Source of the DNA: Bacteroidales bacterium
GTDB lineage: Bacteria; Bacteroidota; Bacteroidia; Bacteroidales; F082
DNA: 64,000 nucleotides
Assembly (NCBI GenBank): GCA_900769945.1
Contig: CAAGIO010000019.1
Location: 16,414-80,413 of the forward strand
Direction of reading: 5' to 3'
The notes beneath the pieces are model-generated. The model saw nothing but the letters and a program-made list of their open reading frames with translations. It had not been told where the DNA came from and did not search any database. Of this stretch, positions 21,101 through 28,697 are shown one piece after another (the first letter of the stretch is position 1; every line of letters starts with the position of its first letter). Position numbers and translations under genes: made by a program.

Positions 21101-22411
21101 ACTGACAGAAACTGGCAGAGACTGTACTCTGAGGTCTTTGGCGAGAACTATATCGATAACCAATCGGACCCTGCTGTGTGGGAGAAGATAAAAGATGTAA
21201 AGGACGAGGTGATATGGGGCATACGTAAGAAGTTGAAACATAACCTTATAGAGTTCCTCAAAGTGAAGATAGCCGATGATATGCAGAACCGTTCCGAAAG
21301 CCCGCGCCTCATCTTGGATACCATTGAGAACCTTAATGAGAACGCACTCATCATAGGCTTCGCACGTCGCTTCGCCACATACAAACGTGCCCATCTTCTC
21401 TTCACTAACATCGAACGCCTCTCGAAAATCGTCAACGATGTCAACCGCCCCGTGATATTCCTCTTCGCAGGAAAAGCACACCCTAACGATAAGGCTGGAC
21501 AAGACCTTATAAAGAATATCATTGAGGTGGCAAGACGTAAGGACTTCGTGGGTAAAGTGCTGTTTGTCAATAATTATGATATGGAAATCGGTAAACTCCT
21601 CACCTCAAGCGTCGATGTGTGGATGAATACCCCTACACGCCCTCTCGAAGCATCAGGCACATCAGGAGAGAAAGCCGTCATGAACGGGACTCTCAACTTC
21701 TCGGTGCTCGACGGCTGGTGGGCAGAAGGCTACCGCCCGAACGCAGGCTGGGCTATTAAAGAAGAACGCACCTACTCCGACCAAAGATACCAAGACGAAC
21801 TCGATGCCGAGACAATTTATAATACCCTCGAAAACGAAATTATCCCTCTGTATTTCAATAGAGATGAAGATAATGTCCCTTCCCAATGGATTTCATTCAT
21901 GAAGAACAACCTAACAGGCATCGCCCCGTTCTATACCATGAAACGTATGCTCGACGACTATTTCAACCAGTATTATCTCAAGTTGATTGAACGCACGAAT
22001 ATCTTGCGTACTGACAAGTATAAGAAGGCTTTAGAGATTGTCGAGTGGAAGAGGAATGTTAACGCTAACTGGGATAAGATTGAGGTGGAATCGATAAAGG
22101 TACCTGACCCGGATGTGAGACCGCTCACCTTCGGCGACGAGTTCGTGGCTGAGATAACCCTCAAGACCCCCGGCCTCAAGAAAGGCGATGTGGGCGTAGA
22201 GATACTCTTTGCTGATAAGGTTAACGATGTGATTGACAAGCTTATTAGCGTCAAACCTCTCGATCTGGTTGACTACGGCGAAGGCTGGGCTCGCTACTAT
22301 ATCAGCATGCCTGTCCAATATTCAGGTGTGTTCAACTACACCTTCCGTATCTTCCCGACCAATGCCGACCTCCCTCACCGTCAAGACCTGCCTTTGGTGA
22401 AATGGATTTGA
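18167..22411 (+). CDS. Fusion protein: N-terminal GT3 eukaryotic-type glycogen synthase plus C-terminal GT35 alpha-glucan phosphorylase (with DUF3417-like N-terminal extension)
   Basis: N-terminal ETSWEVCNMIGGIYTVLSTKA resembles the GT3 glycogen synthase start. The C-terminal half has the DUF3417-like WWCWNIDAVELFEYIDAEAFERL, the phosphorylase region DRAITGQLYGGDNEMRIKQEMFLGIGG, and the PLP-site motif EASGTSGEKAVMNGTLNFSVLDGWW. It is a single uninterrupted 1414-aa ORF. Confidence 0.8.
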   Translation: MKNPNYIFETSWEVCNMIGGIYTVLSTKAEELTQLLGDHYITVGPDIVKESHETLYFIEDSNLFQEWREKVASNLGIKVRVGRWKISGNPIAVLVDYTSLYPIKNEILGHLWEQYQLDSIQGQWDYIEPVMFGFAAGKVIESFVDWCVGVDDTVVAQFHEWMTGAGVLYLKEHCPHISTVFTTHATYLGRAISGNGLPLYGKLDSYNPQTMASRFNIVSQQSMESKSAQNADVFTTVSDITAQECECFLNRKPDFITINGINSDSVVDGKEKERLRAMSREKVFAVADAICGKKVPRDSFLILNSGRYEFHNKGIDLFIKMLANLNKEQSLQRDIVAVIAVPGNISGPYDELAHRLNKTWDFAKDNVETTTEYPITHHLFDFQYDSVLNALRDNGLNNAENDKVKVMFVPAYLNGDDGIFNIKYSDFLFGFDLTVFPSYYEPWGYTPLESISHGIPTVTTDVAGFGKYILENYFNTEAVTVIHRTENDSNNVARELTDVVLDIASLNTMKYNEIADNAFEIAKTFVWKKLIVNYLKAYDMAVGKSAGKDYLKKTKKYSEVLRVFDYKKQDSPTWKKMLVEPAYSKEMKKLQELANNVWWCWNIDAVELFEYIDAEAFERLEQNPVALIKNLTKFQIESLEQDKEFVAKLDKVYDKFVKYMSQKPSDDNKIAYFSMEYGLLKSLKIYSGGLGILAGDYLKQASDSNANMLAIGLLYRYGYFNQALSVSGEQLSQYLPQKFSELPLEPVRDDDGNWVTISIAFPGRIVYAKAWKVNVGRVSLYLLDTDIQQNSPQDRAITGQLYGGDNEMRIKQEMFLGIGGIRLLNALNIKPTIYHCNEGHAAFCGLERLSNYVSNNNLDFDVAKELVRASTLFTTHTPVPAGHDAFEEHLMRTYLPHYANRINISWEDFMSLGRIRKKDPNEKFSMSVLATNLSQEVNGVSRIHGRVSREMFQKMWPGYFAEENHIGYVTNGVHLPTWTDRNWQRLYSEVFGENYIDNQSDPAVWEKIKDVKDEVIWGIRKKLKHNLIEFLKVKIADDMQNRSESPRLILDTIENLNENALIIGFARRFATYKRAHLLFTNIERLSKIVNDVNRPVIFLFAGKAHPNDKAGQDLIKNIIEVARRKDFVGKVLFVNNYDMEIGKLLTSSVDVWMNTPTRPLEASGTSGEKAVMNGTLNFSVLDGWWAEGYRPNAGWAIKEERTYSDQRYQDELDAETIYNTLENEIIPLYFNRDEDNVPSQWISFMKNNLTGIAPFYTMKRMLDDYFNQYYLKLIERTNILRTDKYKKALEIVEWKRNVNANWDKIEVESIKVPDPDVRPLTFGDEFVAEITLKTPGLKKGDVGVEILFADKVNDVIDKLISVKPLDLVDYGEGWARYYISMPVQYSGVFNYTFRIFPTNADLPHRQDLPLVKWI

Positions 22412-22545
22412 TGTCTTGTGATGTGGGGATTGTATTCCGAACATGATGATAATCAATGTTTGACTAATAATCTGATATGTATATTGCCGAGTGCCGATTC
22501 TTTTTGGAGTCGGCACCGGTATGAAAAAAATATGACAAAAAAACG

Positions 22546-23121
22546 ATGGCTGATAAACCAAAAATAATATATATACATGGTTTCGGAGGCTCACCTAATT
22601 CTCAGACAGTGGGCTTCTTGAATCAATGTTATCCTGAGATAGAGTGGTGCGCCCTCGAAGTGGACCACCATGTCGCGTCGTCTGTCAACCTTATCAACGA
22701 CTATGCAAGAAAGAACGGCGTGCTTGCAATGACTGGCACATCCCTCGGCGGTTTCTATGTGCTGTGCTCCGACTTTACGGGTCCAAAACTTGTTATTAAC
22801 CCTGTCATTGAACCGATGAAGTCTCTGAAGAAAAATGTTGGAACGGTGCAGTACCACAGCCGTAGGAGCGACGGCGCAAAATCGTTCAAGTTCACAATGC
22901 AGGACCTGTTCGAGTTTAAGAAGTTCAAGTTCAATGCTGGAGATAATGTCACCTGTCACTATACCGAACATGATAATGTGCTTGGTGATGACATAAAACG
23001 CGACTACGAGAAGTTGTTTGCTAACCGAAAGATGTGTTCAAAGAAGACGTTGCCTTCGCATATCATTAGCGAGAGCTACATACGTCATGACCTTGGGGAG
23101 TGGATAGCCAGTTTGTTATGA
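22546..23121 (+). CDS. YqiA-family alpha/beta-hydrolase esterase (UPF0227)
   Basis: KIIYIHGFGGSPNS and a GTSLGG nucleophile elbow; 191 aa. Confidence 0.7.
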   Translation: MADKPKIIYIHGFGGSPNSQTVGFLNQCYPEIEWCALEVDHHVASSVNLINDYARKNGVLAMTGTSLGGFYVLCSDFTGPKLVINPVIEPMKSLKKNVGTVQYHSRRSDGAKSFKFTMQDLFEFKKFKFNAGDNVTCHYTEHDNVLGDDIKRDYEKLFANRKMCSKKTLPSHIISESYIRHDLGEWIASLL

Positions 23122-23155
23122 TGTGATGGGCTGGCGTTGGCATGAGGCTGCTGCG

Positions 23156-23716
23156 CTATCGTCGTCTGAACACTTCAAGAGCGATGTGTGCGCACGCCTC
23201 CGCATCCGCCAATGCGTGATGATGCTTCGTGAGGTCGTACCCGCACTGCGCCGCCACTGTCTGTAACTTGTGGTTCTCCAAATCGGGAAACACCACCTCC
23301 GACGCCTTGTGCGTGCAATATATCTTGAATTTCCTGCCCCGCATCCTATAATGCTCGAAAAGCGCTTTCAAACAACGCTCCTCGAACGACTTGCCGTGCG
23401 CCACAAACGCTAACCCTCCTATCATGCCCTTGACCTGATTCCATACCTGTGGGAATAATAGCGCGTTGTCGGTGTCCTGCTTCTTTATCCCGTGTATCTT
23501 GGTGGTCCAGAAATCATAATAGTTTGGGGTCGGCTTGATGAGGCTGTAATATGAGCCGACAATTATCCGGTTCCTGACAATGACAATGCCTACGCTGCAT
23601 GCACTCGTGATGTTGCCGTTGGCTGCCTCAAAGTCTATCGCCGCAAAATCGTCAAGCACAGGTAATACTATCTCGCCTGCTTTTTCCCCGACAGTCGTCT
23701 CTTTGACTGTAATCAT
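23156..23716 (-). CDS. DEDDh 3'-5' exonuclease (DnaQ-like) domain protein
   Basis: Exo I motif AAIDFEAANGN and Exo III motif HHALADAEACAHI; 186 aa standalone exonuclease domain. Confidence 0.75.
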   Translation of the reverse strand: MITVKETTVGEKAGEIVLPVLDDFAAIDFEAANGNITSACSVGIVIVRNRIIVGSYYSLIKPTPNYYDFWTTKIHGIKKQDTDNALLFPQVWNQVKGMIGGLAFVAHGKSFEERCLKALFEHYRMRGRKFKIYCTHKASEVVFPDLENHKLQTVAAQCGYDLTKHHHALADAEACAHIALEVFRRR

Positions 23717-23734
23717 CTTTATATCAAATAGTTA

Positions 23735-24064
23735 CTATTCCTTTATCTCTGCATAATAAATGTCAATGCCGTCGTCATCGAACATCGACTCGCTCAAACA
23801 GTATTGTCCGGGCTTTCCTTCCTCCTGAAATAAGTATATCGATGCCTTGTGAAATGTTATTGGCTCTTGGTTCATGGATAACTTCTGTACTTTCTCGTAA
23901 GAAATGCCCTCGATCTTTAGTAGTCGAAGCAGGGCCGCCAAGTCAAGGTCGATGTTTAAAAACATGTCTTGTCCGCCTTCTCTCCACGCAATGCTGATTA
24001 TTCCCGTGGTGAACAACTCAAAATCTCGAATCTCAATCTTTTTCATCTCATAAAATTTGCGCAA
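23735..24064 (-). CDS. Small hypothetical cytoplasmic protein (109 aa), co-directional and 18 nt upstream of the exonuclease gene
   Basis: An ORF with a plausible start and compact spacing to the downstream gene. I recognise no motif. Confidence 0.4.
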   Translation of the reverse strand: MRKFYEMKKIEIRDFELFTTGIISIAWREGGQDMFLNIDLDLAALLRLLKIEGISYEKVQKLSMNQEPITFHKASIYLFQEEGKPGQYCLSESMFDDDGIDIYYAEIKE

Positions 24065-24135
24065 ATATACGTATTTTATATTATTGTCGGACGATTTGTT
24101 TTTATTATCTTTGCTGCAAGAAAAATATTCGTGGT

Positions 24136-25932
24136 ATGAAGAAAGTTTTGTCGATAATTTTGGTGTTTTTTTCTGTAAATATGCTTTATTCGCAGATTGT
24201 TGTTGAGCCTACATGGGAGTCTATTAACGAGCGTGGGTATCCGCAATGGTTTTCTGATGCGAAGCTCGGCATTTTCATTCACTGGGGCGTTTATTCCGTC
24301 CCGGCATACGCAAGTAAGGAGGGCTATGCCGAATGGTATTATAGAGGTCTGATGACGCGCGACTCGGCGAGGATGGCGTTCCATAACCGCGTTTATGGCG
24401 AAGAATTCGACTATAAAAGCTTTGATTGTCAATTTAAAGCAGAGCTCTGGAACCCGGACCAATGGGCGGCGTTGTTCAAAAATAGTGGCGCGAAATATGT
24501 CCTGCTCGTCGCCAAACATCACGATGGATATTGCCTCTGGGACAGCAAATATGCCCCCGGTTGGAATAGCGTGGAGGGAGGCCCGAAACGCAATATCGTG
24601 GCAGAGCTGACAGAGGCGGTGCGCTCTCAAGGAATGAAGATGGGCCTGTATTACTCTTTGCCCGAATGGACGAGCAAAATACATACATGGTGCGTCGATG
24701 ACCCTAATACTATAGGCGAATACGTTGACACTCACATGATTCCGCAATTTAAGGAACTCGTCTCCACTTATAGGCCGTCCATCGTCTTCACCGACGGGGA
24801 ATGGTGGAACACCGCTGAACAATGGCACGCCGCAGAACTCATCTCATGGTATTACAATCTCGTCGGTGACGACGCAATCGTCAATGACAGGTGGGGGAGC
24901 GGGGCAAACCATGGGTTCCGCACCCCGGAATATAGCTCCGGCATCGTCAATACCGACAGACCTTGGGCTGAATGCCGCGGTCTCGGCCGTTCCTTCGGAC
25001 TGAACAGGAATGAACCGCTGTCGAACTATCTGACCTCTGACGAGTTGATCCGACATTTCGTACAGCTTGTCTCTGCCGGTGGCGGAATGACTCTTAACGT
25101 GGGCCCCGCACCTGATGGCTCTATCCCTCTTTTACAGCAGGAACGCCTCCTCGACCTCGGCAGATGGCTTGAGATGAATGGTGAGGCGATTTACTGCTCC
25201 CACCCTTACTTTCTCCCTTCCAACAATGTTGATACTCCGAAGTTTAACGAGATGAAGAAGGTCTCTCTGTCGCGCCATGACGAAACTATCGACTTTAACT
25301 GGGTCAGGAACTCGCCCGATAAAACTATCAGCTACGATAACTTCGATGCCCAATGGACTGCATCCTTCACCCCTGAGTTTACCGATACCTATCGCTTTGA
25401 TGTGGAAGTAGATGATAATGTGAGAGTTATAATAGGTGATGATGTCGTTATTGATTACTACAAAAATGCTCCCGAAGAATCACAGAGTAATGCTGAAGAG
25501 GCTGAAAACCATAATGTTACAACGGCAAATGTGAAACTGAAGAAAGGTGTCACCTATCCCGTCAAGGTGTATTATCAGGAGAAAGATGTGGAGGCGATGA
25601 TTCGTCTTTTTATCTCTTCAAAGAAAATGGAAAGGAGGATTTTCGTGCCTGACAACGGTTTTGACGCCGAATATTCCTGCATGCAGCCTTATGTGTGCTA
25701 CACCGTCCGTGATGGAGCGCTCTATGCTATTGCTATTGAATATCCTCAAGATGAGCTGGTCCTGAATATCCCGCAGCCCTCTTCTGAAACTCAGGTCACA
25801 ATGTTGGGTTATGATGCCGATTTCCCTTGGAGCTATGTTGACGGTAAGATGATTATCGATACAAGACAGTTGAAATACAACGACTTGAAGTCAACTGCCG
25901 CATGGACGTTTAAGATTTGTGAACCGAAATAA
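24136..25932 (+). CDS. Alpha-L-fucosidase (GH29) with a PA14-like module and an extra C-terminal beta-sandwich domain; secreted
   Basis: Signal peptide MKKVLSIILVFFSVNMLYSQ. The GH29 core reads AKYVLLVAKHHDGYCLWDSKYAPGWNSVEGGPKRNIVAELTEAVRSQGMKMGLYYSLPEW. The PA14-like region is FDAQWTASFTPEFTDTYRFDVEVDDNVRVIIGDDVVIDYY. Confidence 0.8.
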   Translation: MKKVLSIILVFFSVNMLYSQIVVEPTWESINERGYPQWFSDAKLGIFIHWGVYSVPAYASKEGYAEWYYRGLMTRDSARMAFHNRVYGEEFDYKSFDCQFKAELWNPDQWAALFKNSGAKYVLLVAKHHDGYCLWDSKYAPGWNSVEGGPKRNIVAELTEAVRSQGMKMGLYYSLPEWTSKIHTWCVDDPNTIGEYVDTHMIPQFKELVSTYRPSIVFTDGEWWNTAEQWHAAELISWYYNLVGDDAIVNDRWGSGANHGFRTPEYSSGIVNTDRPWAECRGLGRSFGLNRNEPLSNYLTSDELIRHFVQLVSAGGGMTLNVGPAPDGSIPLLQQERLLDLGRWLEMNGEAIYCSHPYFLPSNNVDTPKFNEMKKVSLSRHDETIDFNWVRNSPDKTISYDNFDAQWTASFTPEFTDTYRFDVEVDDNVRVIIGDDVVIDYYKNAPEESQSNAEEAENHNVTTANVKLKKGVTYPVKVYYQEKDVEAMIRLFISSKKMERRIFVPDNGFDAEYSCMQPYVCYTVRDGALYAIAIEYPQDELVLNIPQPSSETQVTMLGYDADFPWSYVDGKMIIDTRQLKYNDLKSTAAWTFKICEPK

Positions 25933-25941
25933 AAGGATGAG

Positions 25942-27270
25942 TTAAATCTTTCGTTTCTGCCATTTTGCAAATCTCACGAAGAGATACGACACTATAGCGA
26001 TAAGCGCGCCATAGACGTATTCGGCTAACCACACATGTTCGATATGTGTGCTGAGGTGTGTCATCGCGTAAATGAATGCGATGTAAATCAACAGTATTCC
26101 GAACTCTAAATAGAGAGCCGCGTTGGTGCTTCCCGTGCCTGACACAGCTTCGAAATACACCGAGCCTATGCCTTGGAAGATGATGGCTCCACAGATGACA
26201 TAAATCGTCGGTGTTGCTGCCCCAATCAATGTGATGTCGTCAGTGTATATCCTCATCACATATTCAGGGAAGATGGCGCACACCGCAATAAGTGGAAGGC
26301 AACATAATATGCAGTTAAGAGTTATTTTTAGTATTGTTGGCAACACCATCTCACCTTGTCCGGCTCCTATTAGCCTGCTTGTCAAGGTGTTAGATGTGGA
26401 GAGGAACCCAAAAACGGGGATGAACAGAATCATATAGACGCTCCTAACTATTGATGAGATGCCAATGGCTTCCTCACCCATTTTTTCAATTAAAACGAAA
26501 AAGATAAACCACGCGCTGAATGAGAAGAGCTTCTGGAACATGGTGGGTGTCGCAAGTTTGAAGATGCTTGCGGTCAAGTACTTGTCGAACCTGTGACGTG
26601 AAAACAGCCCGTATCCCGCCTTGCCGATGGTGAGGTATGTGTAAATTGTGAAGAAGACGGTGGTGCAGACCTCAGCGATAAATGATGCCAATGCCGCGCC
26701 GCCAATGCCCATCTCCGGAAGACCTATCTTGCCGAAAATCAAGCCGTAATCCAACACTATGTTTGTCACAGCCATTATCAAGGTGGAGTATGTTATGACC
26801 TTAGTGTTCGACAACCCTATATAAAGGGCGCGGTATAAATAGTTGAAACACACGAATATTATCCCGTACTGACGATAATCTATATATTCCATCGCCGCCG
26901 AATAAATGTTCCCCGAATCAATGATGAAGTCAAGGAGGTGTGTAGATAAACTCTTGATTATCAGGAATAACAATAGTCCGATGAGGAAGATGAACAAGGC
27001 TCCGTGCTGGAAGATGCTCCCTATCTTCGAGAACTCCTTCTCACCGTAACGCCTCGCTATAATTATCTGTATCCCAATGGCAAAGCCCATCGCCATGGTG
27101 GTGAAGACGAAATAATAAAGCCCCGCCATCATCGACGCGCCTAACTCCACTATGCCAAGATGTCCGAGGAAGGCCGTGTCAGTGAATGATATTAATGTCT
27201 GCGCAAGATTGCCGGCCATGATAGGTACTGCAATCTTCCATATTGTCTTCGTTGTTACTGACGTCTCCAT
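25942..27270 (-). CDS. MATE-family efflux transporter
   Basis: 442 aa with 12 predicted TM helices. The N-terminal WKIAVPIMAGNLAQTLISFTDTAFLGHLG is a MATE signature. Confidence 0.85.
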   Translation of the reverse strand: METSVTTKTIWKIAVPIMAGNLAQTLISFTDTAFLGHLGIVELGASMMAGLYYFVFTTMAMGFAIGIQIIIARRYGEKEFSKIGSIFQHGALFIFLIGLLLFLIIKSLSTHLLDFIIDSGNIYSAAMEYIDYRQYGIIFVCFNYLYRALYIGLSNTKVITYSTLIMAVTNIVLDYGLIFGKIGLPEMGIGGAALASFIAEVCTTVFFTIYTYLTIGKAGYGLFSRHRFDKYLTASIFKLATPTMFQKLFSFSAWFIFFVLIEKMGEEAIGISSIVRSVYMILFIPVFGFLSTSNTLTSRLIGAGQGEMVLPTILKITLNCILCCLPLIAVCAIFPEYVMRIYTDDITLIGAATPTIYVICGAIIFQGIGSVYFEAVSGTGSTNAALYLEFGILLIYIAFIYAMTHLSTHIEHVWLAEYVYGALIAIVSYLFVRFAKWQKRKI

Positions 27271-27384
27271 TTTTCAAAATATTGGGCGCAAAAATACAAA
27301 AAAATGCTGCACCCTTAAAAATAAATGTTATATTTGTAGATTGAAAACCGAAAGAGAAAAGATGGTTTTCGTTTATGTAAAATA

Positions 27385-28680
27385 TTGAAAACTAATACTA
27401 TTACTATGGATAGGAAAGAATTTCTTACTGCGATGGGAGGCTTGGCCCTTTTCACTATTGTGCCAAGTAAGGTCCTCGGAGGCGAGAGGCATATAGCACC
27501 AAGCGACCAGCTGACAAAAGGAATAATAGGCGTTGGGGGGATAGGCAGGACGTCGCTTCATTTCACCAATGACGAGGCATGCCGTCTCACCGCTATATGT
27601 GACGTGGATTCAAAGCACCTTGATGCGGCCAAGCGACAGGCGAAGGAAAAGTTAGGCATAGAGGTGAACACATATCATAACTATAGGGACCTTATTAACG
27701 ACCCGAATGTTGACATAGTGCATATCGCTACGCCACCTCATTGGCACGGCGTGATGGCTGTGGAGGCTGCGATGGCTGGGAAAGACATCATGTGCGAGAA
27801 GCCGATGACCCGTACAATAGGGGAGGGCAAGAAGGTGATGGAGGCCGTAAGGCAGAACGGCAGGATATTCCGCCTCGACACATGGTTCCGTTTCAAAGAT
27901 ACTTTCTATGGCCTCGGCACCACAGTCGAGCCCCTCAAGAAACTCGTTGACAGCGGCCTGCTCGGTTGGCCTCTTAAAGTCACCATATCCGGCTTCACGG
28001 GCTTCAACTGGAAGTTCTTCTGGGTAGGGAAGGAAGACCTTGTGCCTCAACAGGTGCCGGCAAACCTCGACTACGACATGTGGCTCGGACCAGCACCGTT
28101 CAAACCTTATAACGAACATCGTACACACCAGACCTTCAGAGGCTACTGGGATTACGACGGCGGCGGCCTCGCTGACATGGGACAGCATTATATCGACCCC
28201 GTCCAATATATTCTCGGTAAAGATAACACCTCGCCTATTTCCGTTGAGATTGACGCTCCACAACAACATCCCGACGCTGTGGGCACTTGGAGGACAATAA
28301 AATATACTTACGAGGACGGCTGCCAGATTATTCTCGAAGGCGAAGATAACGGCGACCCTAACGCCCCCTATATCGAAGGCCCGAAAGGAAAACTGTATAA
28401 GGGATTCCAATGCTCTATCCCTAATATCATGCAGCGTCTTAACGACTTCCCAGACCCGGAACCACAGAACACTGACTTCCTCGACTGCGTGCGTAACCGT
28501 AAGAAGTTCGCTCTCAACGAAGAAAACGGATTCCGCTCCTCCACAATAGTGAATATGGGCGTCTGCGCTCTCCGCCTCGGACGAAACCTCCGCTTCGACC
28601 CCGTAAAACTACAATTCATTAACGATGATGCCGCTAACCGCCTTATTAACCAACCAATGCGCTCACCATGGATTATCTGA
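27385..28680 (+). CDS. Gfo/Idh/MocA-family NAD(P)-dependent oxidoreductase with a Tat-type signal peptide
   Basis: N-terminal DRKEFLTAMGGLALFTIV looks Tat-like. The Rossmann motif is GIIGVGGIGRTSL, and the Gfo/Idh/MocA C-terminal domain is present. The true start may be the internal MDRKEFL. Confidence 0.8.
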   Translation: MKTNTITMDRKEFLTAMGGLALFTIVPSKVLGGERHIAPSDQLTKGIIGVGGIGRTSLHFTNDEACRLTAICDVDSKHLDAAKRQAKEKLGIEVNTYHNYRDLINDPNVDIVHIATPPHWHGVMAVEAAMAGKDIMCEKPMTRTIGEGKKVMEAVRQNGRIFRLDTWFRFKDTFYGLGTTVEPLKKLVDSGLLGWPLKVTISGFTGFNWKFFWVGKEDLVPQQVPANLDYDMWLGPAPFKPYNEHRTHQTFRGYWDYDGGGLADMGQHYIDPVQYILGKDNTSPISVEIDAPQQHPDAVGTWRTIKYTYEDGCQIILEGEDNGDPNAPYIEGPKGKLYKGFQCSIPNIMQRLNDFPDPEPQNTDFLDCVRNRKKFALNEENGFRSSTIVNMGVCALRLGRNLRFDPVKLQFINDDAANRLINQPMRSPWII

Positions 28681-28697
28681 CTCTAAAACATTTCACT

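Noticed and set aside
22412-22545. Imperfect hairpin (GTGCCGA...TCGGCAC, 22491-22516) after the glycogen fusion gene
   Set aside because: The stem has a bulge and a 12-nt loop, and there is no T-tract on the + strand (an A-run follows). Evidence for a terminator is weak, so it is not listed as a feature.
27652-28410. 252-aa ORF antisense to the Gfo/Idh/MocA gene
   Set aside because: A shadow ORF inside a gene with a clear Rossmann motif on the opposite strand.
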